Shown: one piece after another, positions 25,801-41,200 of the stretch
How the letters are laid out: each line of letters begins with the position of its first letter
How positions within the stretch are numbered: the stretch's first letter is position 1
Origin: Balanoglossus misakiensis
Lineage: Eukaryota; Animalia; Hemichordata
Reading direction: 5' to 3'
Assembly (NCBI GenBank): GCA_040954595.2
Contig: CM082577.2
Span: forward strand, 1,922,001 to 1,986,000
DNA length: 64,000 nt
Made by a program: the position numbers and the translations under genes
Notes under the pieces: generated by a model
Databases searched by the model: none
The model's input: the letters and a program-made list of their open reading frames with translations, nothing else
Told to the model about the DNA's origin: nothing

Positions 25801-28800
25801 GTCTGCGACGTTTGGTCGGCAGAAATTTCTCTTAAAAGTGGTCTCGTGTTAGTGGTTTAATTTGTCAAAGTCAGCGGACTTTCCACACAGAGTGCCAGAG
25901 ATTCACCTCCAAATGTTACGATGACATTTGATACAGTGTCACTATCACATTCTGATCTGTATTGGGTACGGTTTTGCTGCATTGAAATGCCAATAAAAGT
26001 GGATCTATTGATATCTGATGGCTGTATAATAGCCTCATTATACGTGTATCATTTCAGGTAATTAGTGTTTGAGTTTTCTTATCTTGTGTAAATCTTAACC
26101 CAAATTCTGTTAGAGTGAGCTGGAAATAGATTTTGAAATTTTCTTCCATATTGCACTGTGAAAATATGCAACCCTGAAAATACTGGGCTGTATGGAGCCT
26201 GTTGAGTGGTCGCTCCGCGATGAAAGGCTGCTTGGCATGTGGCACAGAAGATCAACCGCGTAACAGACATTTGAGTGAACTGATCTGGATATTTCTGGCA
26301 ATCCTGAAATAACTTGGGTATTAAAAGAACTTTTCGAGTGTGGATTTATGAGAGCTCTGAAATCCTGGGAATTAGCGCTGTGTGGGCAACCTGAGAGTTT
26401 TCTATGTTTTGTTTTTGGATTTCCCTTCCGTTCAGTGGCGCTGGCTTAATATATAAATGCTGGCTGCTGTCATTTCTTGGTGGTTGATCTAGCTGAGAGA
26501 AATGCTTTATGGTGCAGGTCAGCTACTCTTTGGTTTGTTGGCACTACAAGTACAACCCTTGTAATTCTGTGGCAATTTCAATTTTTTTCTCTTTTTAGTT
26601 TTAATTACGCACAAAGTTCGATAAAAACATATTTGGCTGCATACAGATAAGCATGTTAGACTGGATATGTATGGTCCATCGTAGATCACACAAATCCAGG
26701 AGTAAATACTGAAAGCCCGAATGGCATACACAATGTGTATTACTGCAGCATAGTTGTACAGTGGGTTTACCCAGTTTGGGTGTCACCTGGCTTGAGCTCT
26801 CGAGAGCAGTGAAAGTGTCAATGCGGTCAGCAGCGGATTTTTCATGCAGGGAATCAATCAACACTGGCCAAATGCAAAATTCTCTGTCAAATACCGGCTT
26901 ACATTAAAGATTGATTTGCCTCGATTCTCGAATAAATATCAATCAAAAGTGACATCTAATTATCAGGGAATAAAAAGTGTCTGAAGATTCCAGACTCTAT
27001 TTGTTTTGAAAATCGCAGGTGTTGAAAAGAGAAATGATATTGATTGCGGGCTAATCCCGTTTTAAAAAAGTAAAGCAGTTATGTGGGATTTGAACAGCTC
27101 AGACGAAACTCTAGAGAATGACTCAGCACAGACAGTTTTAAGAGGGTTGTCTGAATTTTTAAGCTTTTGTGACGTCAATGTTTTTTTTCTCCAGTAACGA
27201 TTGTCAAATTGCAATCAACGCGATTTGATACAGAAATGGAATGGAGCATCCATGATGATTAAGTTTTTTAAAAAAAAGGACAGTTTTTTTGTCTTGGAAT
27301 TTGGTAGCCCTGTGCATATAGCAGAGCAGGTACATGTAGTACACGCTTGTCTGTTGAGAGACGGACACACATGGACAATGCAGTACACCTACGCCATTGC
27401 AAACGCAACTGCAGCAAATGAGGCCAGCGTGACGTTCACCAGACCACGAGCGATGGAAGCTGTTGGCATTAAACCTCAAACGCATATCGGGCATAATTTA
27501 GACTAATGCAATATGTCTGGCATCGCAATTCCAGCTGATCTGTGCCATTAGTTGATTTGCTGATGCCAGGCTGGAATTCCATTCACTTAAATGCCAATTT
27601 CACTCCCACAGAGTTTTCCCAGCAGTGGAACGTCTTTTCCAGGCATCCAGGAATACCAATCGCTGAATTGATTTTGAAAGTTGCACATTATTAATACCGT
27701 GTTAATAAATAAGTCATCCTCTTTTAAGTTAGATAATTGTCAACAAAAGTATCAAGCACAGCGCGCGATTTGCATTAGAGCAAAGGAAGTACATGTACAA
27801 AGAATACATTAATAATAGAAAACAATTATAATAACAATAAAGTTTGTCAAAAGACATAAATATTTAATATTTCTGATCAGGTTTTCATGTTTTGATCGAC
27901 AAACGCTTCACAAAGCATTTTGTTGCCTTGCTGAGTGCTGGCTGTCACCTGTGTGTGGGTCTGTGTGTGTGTTCATGAAGGCATAAATCAGTGCATCATA
28001 AATACATTTTTTGTGTATTAATTCTGAGGTCATTTGATACAGCACCACCTTGCTAAGCAAAGTCCCTTTTTATCATAAAAACATTACAATACGGACCCAG
28101 GTGGAGATTTCAAAGCCTAACACCAAGGTGAAGGCCATTAAATGTCTGTTTATATAATGAAATAGACAGGAAGGTCAATTAAGGTCACCACAAGTGGCAC
28201 TGCATGCATCTCTTACACTGTAACAATGACTATACACTCGCATTTAGGATAAATATGGCTGGCATGCTCTGGGTTGTCATGGATACAGGTCCTGGGAGAA
28301 TAAACTACTCTTCGATTAGGAGACTGGAGAAGTGTGCGTGTTCGCTCATTTTAATTTGGCACTTTCCATCGTCTTCCCGTTCAGTCGGGCAAGTATTTTC
28401 AATCAGATACGATGCTAAGATGCGTTTACCTCGTCACTTTAATTTGCAAGAGAAGATTGGATGGACTGGAAAACTGTGTTGACACATAGGCGGATTGTGT
28501 TGAAAATACCCCGGGCGACGTATTGGATGAAACGTTTTTTTTTGCTCTCTCTCGGTAAAGCCATCCTCCCCCGCGAACCCAAATGGTTTCTTCCCAGGTG
28601 GAACGCCGATCATCGCTGTTTTTTTTTTCTCCTGTGGCTTCCTGTGGTCAGAGCAATTGCTGTTGTGTGCATGGTGATGTGCTTGTGTGTGATGCAGTGT
28701 CAGATGCTGTCCGAGCCAGTCTTGGATACGATTCGTTCTGCGACTGTCGGCTGTTAATCGTGGTCGTTCGTTTTTTGTGTCGGATGATTTGAGGATTAAG

Positions 28801-28874
28801 GCCCGGAGGAAGGTGATTCGATCGGGCTGTATTTCATCCGTGGCATCTCTGCACGTGTGAGGTGTAGACTAGAA

Positions 28875-28910
28875 AGAGAGAGAGAGACAGACAGTGTGTA
28901 TATATAAATA
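28875..28910 (+). promoter_or_regulatory. Putative internal promoter: (GA)n tract and TATATAAATA box
   Basis: agagagagagaga followed by tatataaata (28901-28910) inside a CpG-rich region upstream of the donor at 29426. Confidence 0.35.
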
Positions 28911-29397
28911 CAGTCATATACCTGGGACAATATCAAACAAGGGCCGAATGACGTTCTGGACTATCAGCCGTGACGAAAAGGTGTGACACAATTCGTTTTG
29001 TCGCACTCACTGCTTCACCAGGTGATCAAACCACAGCAAAAATAGACAGAAGACTGCAGATAATGAATGTATCAGTCATTTGTCGTATTGCGTGTGACCG
29101 GCCTGTTCTGATGTACCAATTAATCGAAGTGACATGGATTGGAGATTCGACAAAGTGGTAGCTGATCTGTGGAGTGAATTGAAAAGGAGATAAAGATATC
29201 TGCTGGCTGTACTCAGCATCGTTACAAATTGCAGTTTCAATTGATGACGGACTTCAAGCGACGTTTTTAATTGCTAGAAAAAGGCAGACTTCTCCCACAG
29301 TTCTCACTTGTGTTCGTCGTCCGTCGTAGTGACGTAGTTCCTCCAGAGTTTCCGCGAGACCATTGAACCCACAACCGCGTCTTCATGCAGTGTAGTT

Positions 29398-29426
29398 ATG
29401 ACAAGGCATAGCCATGTCTGTTCCAG
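29398..29426 (+). CDS. Candidate alternative first coding exon: MTRHSHVCS (ATG 29398, phase 2) or MSVP (ATG 29414, phase 1)
   Basis: Donor CAG|GTAAAT at 29426/29427 ending a CpG-rich tract that has a TATA-like box about 500 nt upstream; two ATGs in different frames. Confidence 0.45.
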
Positions 29427-30913
29427 GTAAATATGAACAAGACACACGAAACTGTCTTCTTCGAAAGTTAATAGTTACTGAAAATTACCGGAAACCTTTC
29501 AAATCATACATTTCTCATAATGCGAATATGTTCGTATTGTCAAATTATTTGTACTGAAAGTCAATCATATGGTTTCTCATTGTGACTTTGTTGATTGTGT
29601 ATATTCACTAAATTCATGCTCGGGGGGAAATTTTTCGATCAATCACAAGCAATAGGAAAGTTACATACGAAAATTAGGAAATTGATTTCATTTTAATTCT
29701 TGTACCAGTGATATTGATGGGAAAAATTGAACATTGTTCAGCAGGAAATTAGGCAAGGAAGCGTAGATATATAGATTCTGCAGATGTAGTTACTATGTTC
29801 TCATACTACGTTTGACAGAGTTAAATCTGTAATTGCTATCAATTTTCAGTGTTTTATCACTCCACTTTCTGCCTTGCAGTGTTTGAATCAAGTTATGAAT
29901 AGTTTTTTAAGTTCGGATGATATTTTCAGAGAAAACATTCTCTAGAAAGAGGTGATCCGTTAGGAAACTGGGCATTACGTGTTATAAAACCATCACTCAT
30001 ACAATGGTATTAGCTCTGTCTGGCTGTCAGTCTAACTGTAACCTTCACAACGTCGATGCTACTTAAGCTGGTCGTCAGATCATCAGAGAGTGTTTTGATA
30101 TTATCCAAGTCGCATGTCAGTTCCTTTGAGGGTGCTTGTCGAATGTCCGTTGCTAGGCGCTGGTCAATGCCAAGTGAGTCGTCGCTATAGGCTACGGCAC
30201 AAGTTCCCCTTTTTTGTCCGTCATTGAAAAGGTGACAGAAAGATATTTCCTGTATGGGGAAAAGGTGTTTGTTTCCAGTGGAGAGGTGTTTTTCATGAGT
30301 ATTTTCTGTCATGCTTGACTGAGTATGTTGGGTTTAATTTGAGAAATGAATTGACACGGAAAATTCTGCACGGAAGGCTGTATATTGACAGCAGAAAGAT
30401 GATGTTTATTAATGTCTTTCTTTATAGCTGTGTCATTTGTAATCTCTGGGTCAGTATCCCATATCACTGTCAGCAGTGTGATGAGACTGAGAGAGGAATT
30501 ATTCAGAGTGGATGTTCGAAGGGTTTAATAATAGCAAATGGTACACTGAATGAGTCAATATAGACATTTGTGTTGCATACTCATTTAAATTTCAACAAAA
30601 ATTTTCAGAGCATTTAAAAAAATTTCTGGTCATGCAGTTGGCAGCTCAATTAACACTGGTGTCCACATTTTTTGGTGTGAGATATAAAACTACAGTCTGT
30701 TCAAGAAATCTCATGCTTAATTTTGAGTTTACGAAATATTTGATATCTTCTATAACATGATCACCCCCTGTTCGCATTAAAATTCCAAAGGTTATTACTT
30801 GAGATGGATAAATCTAATCAATCATGATTTGTTACTCATCAGTATTAAAATGCAGATTAGCGCTGATGAAATTTGGTTACGTAACCCGTAACCTGGACAA
30901 GCTGCTAAGGAGT

Positions 30914-30927
30914 GTTTCCATAGCAAC
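30914..30927. promoter_or_regulatory. RFX X-box GTTTCCATAGCAAC
   Basis: Matches the GTHNYY-AT-RRNAAC consensus. Confidence 0.5.
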
Positions 30928-31240
30928 AAGAACACAGGCTGATTCTGAAGTACACCGTTTGTCTAGAGTATGTTTGTGGTATTCCAGAATGTATGTGACT
31001 AACAGTTATCGCAATAAGTTGAGTACAGGACAGATCTTACTTGTGCTGGTACCTGATATTCTTTATACTGTGTTCAACTGTTGTAATAGATAAATTCTAC
31101 TTTTTTATAAAAATTGCCTGTACATGTCATGGTTAATACTCCACAGATCTGTGCATACCAAGCACTCTGAGCACAGTACTATTTCAATACAAACATCAAA
31201 AAAAGAAAACGATATAAAATATAAACTTATTGACAGCTGT

Positions 31241-31312
31241 TTAAACCTGTTTCTTTCTTAAGAGGTCCGACTCCACCATGAAAAATGATGAGTTTGGACT
31301 AAACCATGGTGC
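31241..31312 (+). mobile_element. Diverged copy of the 394-498 MITE family
   Basis: Shares cttaagaggtcc...accat.gaaaa...tttggact.aa.catggtg with 415-485. Confidence 0.6.
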
Positions 31313-33125
31313 AAATAGTAACAGCATTTGCTCCACACTAGAGGTTGAAACAATTGAGATATCAGTTTTCAAAAACCTTGTTGTCCTACCCGCAGCTTTT
31401 TTTGTCAGAATTCTATTTTTGGCCACTTTGTCTAACTATAGAAAAATGAGTAATACCTCTCAGGTGGGCTTGGCACACACCGAGTGTTTAAATGACAGAT
31501 GGGTTTTGTTTGTCTGTGGCACCTGTTGAAGAGTTTACATTTCACCAAGGCAGGAATACGGAATTTGGACTGAAATTTGTATCATGTAAATTGATGACCT
31601 CTGCAGCGATTTGTTAGCCATTTTGAATTTAAAATTTGAGGCAATTTGCTCTGTCATTCAGAATTTTGCACAGTGACCCCTAATTTTTGTTCTCATTAAT
31701 CTCAATTTTAAGAGAAAATAATCTAAAGTTGCCTTGAGCAAAATGTGAGAAAAAAATGTCATGATTTTATCGAGGCACAGACTACCTTAACTCCAATTCT
31801 CCCTGACTGAAAGTCTTGGCTCAATCGTGTAAACAACCTAGTGAAACTATGGAGACAGTGTCGAGAGCCTTTATAGAGTTCTGCAAGATCCCTGTGCACG
31901 TGCAGTTGCAAGGCTGAAGATGAAAAATCTGAGTGAATTAACCCGGAACTCTAGTCATTATCCTCTCGTCATTTTCTGTACAATAAGTCTTTCAAACACT
32001 TATTCTTGGAATAATGGAAAATGACCCCTATAGGTTAGAGTACAGCGAGCAATACATTTTTCTTTCATATGCATCTGGGTCCCCATAATAGCCTTGCATA
32101 TAGTGGAAACAAAATTGGACAACCGAACTAATTTGTATTTGAACAGTATTCTAAGGCAACTGTGGATCCGCACAAATTACACACTGTAGCTTTGTGCTTC
32201 GATGAGTAAAATTGGTATAACCTTGACAACCGCCATCGTTCGCCCCAGAGGTTTTACATGCATGTATTACAAAATGCACGCTTTGTAACTTCTGGGTATA
32301 ATTTTTTTCCAGTATACATGTATTTGGTCTGTATTAGCTGCATTTTTTGTTTGTTTGATTGTCTCGTGAATTTGCCCAATACTCTGATGTGGCCAAAATT
32401 TGCACAGTCAGCATTCTTCCCGGTACATGTATGTCACAGTCAGCAGGGTTTGCGCACAGTTGGGCAAAAGTCAAACCTCAAAGTAGACAGGGCAATTAGT
32501 TCAGTTTACAACATTTCCCTTGTCAATTGCTCTATTCTGAGAAAACTGTAATTAGGCAGGCCGCTGTAATTCACACTTGTCAGAAACATGCCATTGGTTG
32601 CATTGAGTTTCAAGACGAATTCCTGCACTAGACGTGTAGAAACCGGATTAATATGCCATCTTGCTTGGGGGAAGGAGAACTTCATAAACCAACAACAGAG
32701 ATCACTCAATAATTGATATCTGGCTGAAAGATCCATATCTTAAGGCTGAGGGTATATATTGTAACTATAAATAGACTTTCCTAGAGGGGCGACCGTTTCT
32801 TGGAACACTTTGTTTTGTCAGCCGTGACCTGATGGGTGAGTCGCACGCACACAAGCGCTCGCTTGATACGAAAGTGCAAAGGCTCCGCGATCAACGTGTT
32901 TCCCCCCTAGTGATAGAAAGCAGTGTGATGATAACTTTTAAGGTCACAGGTGTTGTTGACAGATGGTTGATCTGTGAGAGTTGTCCCCGGAGGATGATGA
33001 ATTTTTATCGCTCGGATTCTTGAAGTTCTGTTTCGGGTTAGGGTAGGATAATCGTACATCATCAGAAACATCTGTATGGGTTGGTTAGGGGGAGAAGTGT
33101 CGCATGGATGAAACAGGATGGCTTG

Positions 33126-33270
33126 ATTCGTTCGTTTGTTCAGTTGTTCATTCGTTCATTTTTTCATTCATTCATTCATTCATCCATTCATTCATTCATT
33201 CATTCATTCATTCTTTCATTCATTCAAACATCCATTCATTCATTCATTCATTCATTCTTTCATTCATTCA
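33126..33270. repeat. (TTCA)n imperfect tetranucleotide microsatellite
   Basis: Directly visible; explains the spurious HSFI ORFs. Confidence 0.95.
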
Positions 33271-34675
33271 TAAAGGGACAAATGGGTAGGGGTAAGGGTT
33301 GTAAAACCAACAAGATAGAAATAGACACAATTTTCAACTGAGAGTCCTGGTATGTGAGAGGTCCGAAATCGATAGTCTGCGCCCCAATCTGCACCCGCGC
33401 ATTTCAATCTGCGCTCTCGATCTGCTACGAAACTGCGCTAAGAAGGAAGAGAATGGAAAAATGAGATACGGGAGCGAGAAAGATGGGGAGTAAATGATGA
33501 AAAGATTAATTGAATGTAACACACTTGATTAAATACTGTACATCATCATTATCTGTTTATGAACTACTGGTATCATCAATTAACTTTGCAGCGTTGAAAT
33601 TAATCTTTGAAACATGAGTTATTAATTGTTTTATTAATCGTGTAATCCGGTCATCTGATTGTCCACTGTTTTATGGGTCATTGTTTTGGTGTCAGTGGTC
33701 AGTGTTTGGTGGTCATTGCTGACAAAGCATACAAAGTGCTTTAGTTTAGAGGTTAGGTCTGAAGTGGTATACATGTAGTTTCTATTGGTTGTCTTCATGG
33801 TCAGAATTTGGGAAAGTTCCCCGTGACTAGCCCATTCAGATTCACCGAGTGACAAGTTTTTTGGCGTTGCTTCTCCATAAGCCATAGATTGCAATGTCTT
33901 GACTCAGCCCAGACAGCATGCTTGTTGCTCATGGTAACCTCTAGATGGCTTTATAACATTGACATTTTCTTGGGGTTTTGCTGGTTTGGAAATTGGTATT
34001 ACTGCGATCTGAAAATTTCCAGATGTTGTGTACAAAGCAATGCAATGTTTAAAATTAAATTCAGTAAACAATTCTTGAAAGCGCAGATACAGGCAGAAAG
34101 TGGAGTGTAAAAAGACTGCTGAAATTTACCAACACAAGAAATACATTTTAAGTGTGTGTTTCATCTCTGCTTTTCTTCTTACCTTGATGCTACCAATGCT
34201 GACAAAGAAAAATAAACGGGATGCAGTTGAGCTGTTTATAAACATTACCAGTGACTGTCAGTTCAATTGATTGAATATGGATCACCTCATCTTCTGGTAC
34301 CGCACCAATCGCCAGAGAATTCATCTCCTCTGCTGTACATGTACAGTACATCCAATTTCGCTGATGAAAAACTGAGACGTAATTAAAGTTGTTATAGGAC
34401 AGTAGAGGAATTACAAGAACCTGTCTCGATGCAATTTGTGCACAGTTCTATGCAAAACTGTTGTACTGAATGACAACCTGTGTCTGCAATAAAAACTTGA
34501 AACTTGTGCTAATACTCCGCGCCGTGAAACATGTTGAAGTTACGTTCCCGCAACAAGTACAGCGTCCAGAAAATGGAACGGATGTCCCTCGACTCAAGGT
34601 AGCTTCTTCACTTGTTATACTGCAAACGTTGCATGCTCAACATGATGTAAAAATGTTTCATCTGATGAATTCATA

Positions 34676-34762
34676 TATGTGAGTGAGTGAGTGCATATGT
34701 GCACATGCACATGTTTGTGTGCATGCATGTGTGGGTGTGCGTTCGTGCATGTGTTTGTATGT
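34676..34762. repeat. Degenerate (TG/CA)n purine-pyrimidine tract
   Basis: gtgagtgagtgagtgcatatgtgcacatgcacatgtttgtgtgcatgcatgtgtg... Confidence 0.65.
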
Positions 34763-35249
34763 TTGATAGCATTAAATTTCATCAGATATTTTATTCCCCA
34801 TCGCCCAATCCTGATAAATGACAAACAGCGGTTTGAATCGTCTGGGTAAAACGAAACAAGATGGAATTTAAAATTAAAACTGCCACTCTGCCATAAAAAG
34901 CAGACTTAGAATCTGGCTTGATCCATCCGCACCAGCAAGCAAGTGTGAAGCTGATAGTCTAACTGAGTGGCTATACTCTGCTGTAACAGCCCTATAAAAT
35001 TTGATTCTCCACTACTGTAATAATTTTCTACGATCTGTATTGGTGTCAGCTGCTGCCTGTGGGCTAGACCATTCAGTAAGGAGGGGGAGTGTATGCTGAG
35101 TTGCTCTGCCATAGTGCGTACATACATTAGTTGCCATTAATCTGCCAACATCTCTCCCCCCCCCTCCCTGCAATTTCTTAAAATAGAGATGAATACAAAA
35201 GTGAGGGTGGATTAAACATTTTCGAACCTTTCAGGAAGGAGTCACTGTG

Positions 35250-35272
35250 CCCCCCCCCCCCCCCCCCCCCCC
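35250..35272. repeat. Poly-C tract (23 nt)
   Basis: Directly visible. Confidence 0.95.
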
Positions 35273-38200
35273 GAAACCCAACCATGTCAAGTGTCTCTCT
35301 TCTAGTTTTGATACCACCAGCAATATTGCCTGTTTTATAGTATTTTTATCATTTCTCAGTAAGGAAGTTTACAAGTATAAAACGAAGAATTTCGGATACT
35401 ATCATGAGACTCCTAGGGGACTGGTTAATCAGTTTGTGCACTGCATATATATAGAGACACCCTATCAACTGATGTCTTCCAGCCCCACAGAAAAGGATAA
35501 TTTCCTTGATAATCACCAAGGCGTTATAATCGGCAATTGCTTGATGTAAAACTCCAAAGAATGTCTTATCCCCCTCGTCTGGCCAAGCCTCAGTGCCCTG
35601 GTGCGATGGGCGATCTCCCCACCATGTTTCTATGCTGTCTGAAGCACATATGGTCAGCCTTATTTGTATCAGAACGATTCTCTCGTTCTGTCGGTTTTAA
35701 TAGTTTTAATCTTCTGCAGCGTGGCACATGTGCACATACCATACTCTGTCGGTTTTAGGAGCTCATGCCCAGGGTTCACTGCTTGTCGTCATGACGATTG
35801 CCGTATGTAATGAAACACCTCTAAAAATTGATGTTGCCAGATTGGAAACATCTTTCTGTTGCATACAGGATCATTGAGATCAGAGATACGGTTATCCAAA
35901 CATAATTAGCCGTAATAAGCTCCTTAATTGAGATATCATCTTTCTGAACACAGTATGCGTAATGATGATCGATATTTGTGATATGTGCGTGATGCCAAAA
36001 TTAAACAGTTTGTGTGTGTCGATTGTCAGCTTTGATGTTATGTTACCCATTTGCCGTGATGACCACCAGCAAAAGACAGACTCAGAAGAGAAAAAAAACT
36101 ATGCCGCAAATGAGGAATAGCATTTAGTTACAGAAGAAATATGAGAACAACGGACATTATTTCACAACATTGTGGGAGCATCAGGTGATGTTCCTAGTAG
36201 CCAATAGGATGTCTCCAACGGGGAATGATGCATCGTCACTTCGTGGGATGCAAATATGTTAAAAATCCAGGCACTTGTCATCAAAGTCATAATGTTTGTG
36301 TTGTGTTCTTGTCAATCAGCTGTCATGTTAGTGTAATTTAAATTTAGCATTATTGGCGTGAGAAGTAAAAATAAATATGACAAAACGTGTACCAACATGT
36401 GTTCTTCCAACATTAATGTATGGATGTCTACTCGATAGTGCGATATTTGCAGGTTGTTTGCCTGTTTTATTGTCTAAAGGCAAATGAATTATCTTGATAA
36501 TTATTTCAATAAATAGAACTGACACAATGTAAATATCCTGTGTCAATGAGAACTAATGGGGGGATGAAGGACCACAGCTTAAAAAGTTAATGTGATGTCA
36601 TTGACCTGTGAGGGATTTGTCATGTTGCAATTAACGTATTTCATGATCATTATTCATTTTCAATTAGACTGTATTAATTTAGAAAATTAAAAATGGTCCA
36701 AAGAGCAATTGTAGCATACTGTAAAAATTTTCTACGGAAGCAGTAAGTCAGAAGAGGCACTTATTTGCCAATTTGCAATCTCCTCCTATCTTTTCCCCAT
36801 AGGGAAAGATTATTCAGAAAAACCAGTTGACGATATATAAGACAGGGGAACTATGACCTTGTGAATACTCGAGTTGTGGCCCTTTCAAAATTGAGTGGAG
36901 ATGTTTAAGAAAAAAAAAAGAATTTGTCAGGTTTGGAGATAAATCTCAATTATCCTATTGCTGCAGTAGTGAAATAATCTCCAAAAGTTGGTACAAATTC
37001 TGTCATTAGGGTAAATATTTGCTGTATTTCACTGCACCACAGCCCCACAAATAGAATAAACCCGATGGCTTAGATGAAATGAAGCAAAATGGCCGCCGCT
37101 CACAAATTTATGGCAGCGGCCATTTTCAATAAATCTACACTGAGTTGTTAAACAAGAAAACCAAACATGGTTAGTCATTCCGGTGCAATAACACAGAGAC
37201 GTGATCCGGCAACCAATTGAAATCTCAAAGTACAAAATTCCCGGCATAGACACCCTGCTTTTGACTCGATCGGCCCCTTTCGGGAATCTCTTTAAGTAAC
37301 ACCCCAAAATGTCACACCTTGATGGAATGGATTTTTATGACATAATAAAAGCCTGCTTTGTTTTAATGGCTATGAGAATAAAATGCATTATCAAGATCTT
37401 TTTAACTATCACTGCTGAATAATTTCAGCTGGTGATCTTATTGCCGTCCCTGACAGCCTAGCCTACTAGTGAGGTTTTGATGAATTTTTATCACCACATA
37501 CTAAAATGGAGACTCGAAATATACCGGTAGAATGATATTAAGGATCTTTTTTATGTACATGAAAATAACCAAATTTGTACTGCAAAGAGGACATTTTCAT
37601 GGTTTTATTGAACTTTTGATAAAGAATTTCAAGGGCCATAAAAAATATTGACTTTCGGCAAAAATGTTCCTTTTAAGAGTGACAGTAGCTTTTGTTTGAT
37701 AATGATGAATGGGTGGTGTGCCACAAATAGTTACGCTTCAATGCACATTATGTGGTGAATTTTCTCTGCTGGGATTTGATTTTAAAATTTAATGTACTAT
37801 GAAATAAAGAAAGATGTAAATCTGTCATCAGAAAACATTGGAAAAACTTGTGATACAATGCATTTAACATGAGAATCAACAGTACAGTATACTTTTTTGG
37901 TACTGACCCCAAAACTAAAGGATGGAAGTACCTGTAGAAATGTGTTATGTTTACATACCGGTACATTGTACAGGTAGTTGCTGTGACATGACGTGCCATT
38001 GGGCATGATTTAGTGGGCAGCACAACATAAAATGGCCAATGAAAAGAAAATAATCGAAAATAATTTCAAAAGACTTAATTCATTGCTTAAAAAGCAAAAC
38101 TGGAAGGTTTCCTGGAAGGAAGTTCACAAAATTGTTGGCAGTGAGTGACACTCATTCATGTGTACAGTCATATCATTTCCGTAATTATTTCTCAATCCGG

Positions 38201-41200
38201 CTAACAAAATTGTGGCTTGGGGTCGAACCCTTTTCCCCTTTTGCCCGTACCACCATGGATGAAATACTGGAAGTGTGGGCATTTTATAATTGTCAGAAAT
38301 TTGATTTTAATTGGGGATGTGCATATGCACATGACAGGAGGATGTTCGTCACCAAGTGAAGAGATGAATTGACTTCGTTGCTATTATGATTTGCCTTTTC
38401 ACCATGCTGTCCAAAGTTGCTAAGAGCAGCTTGTTTTGAGATGGCGATTATGTAGGTTTTTGTAATGTCAACTGCAAGGAGGCAGCAGGGCTTGGCAAAA
38501 TGTTGTACTCTCAAGCGAGATTTGACGAAAAGATCAAGTGAGAATGATGGACAGAATCTTTTGTGCTGAATCAAGTTTACGTGTGGCACTGAGAGATCAA
38601 TTGCCTTGGGGGTGGAAATATATAGGTTGTGGTACACATTTGCACATATGAAATAATGGAATGTGTCATCTGCAGAAACGTTTCTGCAAAACCATTCATG
38701 AATTGCACAACAGACCACATATGGTACGTGCATTCACCGGGCAACTTGTCAGTTTCAGTCAGCAAGACGTTTTTCCTGTAAGTCTCACAAATCGGACTTA
38801 ATGCACAATTGCAAGATTATGTCACTCATTCGCGGACGTCATTCGCTCCGTCAGAAGAACCTTCCAAGGCAGGAACATGCGTCTTGAGTGACCCTCATCA
38901 CGACCTTTGTTGCCAGGCAACCAGCAGAAGTAACGATTGCGCGATTTACGTTGAAAAGTGATTGGCTTACTGGTCATTAGTGGCAAAACGTCTGTAACTT
39001 CTGAAGAGATATAATTGAACACACGCCAGCAGTCCTTCTGATATAGAATGATAAATGCAGCGAGTTTATGCGTACATTAATTGTAATGTCCATGCAAAGG
39101 TTCAAGAAACATAGTGCAGCTAAAAGAGGAAAAATATGACAGTGATGACCAAAGTGACCAATATGACCTTATGGTTATTAGTGTTTAATAATCGTTAAGA
39201 ATGAAAATATCCATTAAAACGTGCCAAACAACGGATGAATTGGAGATCTGTTAGCCAGGAAACAAAGTTTAAAAGTAATTTAGATGGAAACGACAAACCA
39301 GTTATGCGCGTCATCTTGTTCCTTTTGTATCGTCGCCTGCTCCACAATGACCAGCATTCATCTCAACGCCTTGCCGCATCTGAAATTTAATTATTTCATC
39401 ACTTCTAATGGCATGTGACAAATAAATGTGCGGCTCTCTTTTGTAGGTTTAATGCCATTCACTGCGTTGTATATGGGCCAGAGTGGGGCTCGTTTAGAAT
39501 TCATTTACACCTTTTAATTGGACGCTGCTGACCTCATTTCCGTTGGAGTTCGGAGTACGAAGTAAAACGAGCGTTGCTGTCAACTGCAGTGACAGTATCC
39601 CGTTTAAAAATAAATGCTGTGTAGTTGAAAGTTAAGTCCACAAGTGATATTTTTACATGTGTTCAATGGTTTTGACAGAAGCAGTACTCTTAATCCTTGC
39701 AGTGTCAGACGAAATTGTGCCAGAGATGTTTGTATTGCGTTCAAAACTAGATCTGATGACATACATGATGGTGATTACAATGTGAATTGAAAGCGCAGCC
39801 TGCAGTCAAACTACATGTACCATTGGGCATGTAAATAAATATGGCAGTGTACGTGTAACTGATCCTCAATGGAAATTCAACGTTTTATTGATTTTTTAAA
39901 TCTGAAATATTTCACAGTCGGTTGTTTCTGGTTTATGTCAACTCAGAAAGATGCAATCTCCTTTGCTGAAGTGAAAAAAAGAGATTACAGGCATATATAC
40001 TTCTAGGAAGTCCTTTAAGGTTATTTTCAGCCGTATCCTTGGAAATTCTGAGAAAAATCAAAGGCACTCAATGAAAATCTACCTGTCTTAGAGTGATATG
40101 AATGAAATTAGAACAGTCTTTCTCAATACCTGCATAATCTTGGTATTTTTGACTTAAATATTCCTCAATTTTTTTAAAATGTACCTTGGAAATGTTCGAA
40201 TGTCTGTGACTCCAAACATTCTTGCGTCAGATGGCACATATGACTTCATTGAAACATCCTTGTTAACAGGTACAATAGTCATGTAATTCACTTTCCAACC
40301 AATTATTTTCACAGTCTTGCCAATATAATACGACAGCTTTTATCTGCTTAGTGATAATTTTTCAAGAAATCAATAAAAAAAGCAGTGAGAAGATGAACCC
40401 TTTTCAATTTAACACTGCCCGCAGCAGTTCCCAGCCAGCCTGCCAGTAACCCGTGCTAATTGTCTCTGACACTCGTCTGCACCATGAAAAGCAGTTGTGT
40501 CATTTCTCGGATTTCGCAAAATGCAGAACCATTGTGAGCGTGTCACGATAATTACATTTGCAGATAGAAGCATTATTATTTATGTCTACATGACGTGGAC
40601 AGTTCGTTAAGACCAGCCATCTTAGACAGATGCAAATGGGCAGTTTTTTGTTCCATTATCAATGTTTGCTGGAATGTTTGTTTTGTATCCAATGGCAACC
40701 GTGCTGCACTGTCACCTTGCATTGGGAACCGGTGTCTTGATCAGCTGTGTTCGTAATTGTGTGAGAATATCGAAAATAAGATTACGTTGAAAGGAATTCC
40801 CCCAGGTGTAAATTTCTGTTTGTATGATATTAATCATTTTTTTTCTTACAAAATGTTACATATACGTGCTGAGGTACTAGTTAGTTGTGTCTTGACTCGT
40901 GAATGTGATGGCATTTCCCAGCTTGTCATCAACATGTATTAGAATTTATATGAGCAGATAATTTGCAGTTTTATGAATTCTGCGTACTGATGATTCACCA
41001 TATTTTGATTGAGCTAAAGTATTTTCCCCATCATGAAAGGGATGTAATTCTCTTTGAATTGTGCGTAATTGCTAAGTTGTGTGGTTTGTGTTGTTCAACC
41101 CAGCAAGAAGATCATAAGATGACTGTTACTACCTCATAAATTTTGTGATTGCGATTTTTTATGCAATCAGAATCTAAATGCTTGCATTTGAGGACTTAAA

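Noticed and set aside
33081-33341. ORFs with HSFI repeats
   Set aside because: Translations of the (TTCA)n microsatellite.
35247-35549. Poly-proline ORF (similar ones at 52116, 59373 and 60000-60330)
   Set aside because: Produced by C/G homopolymer tracts.
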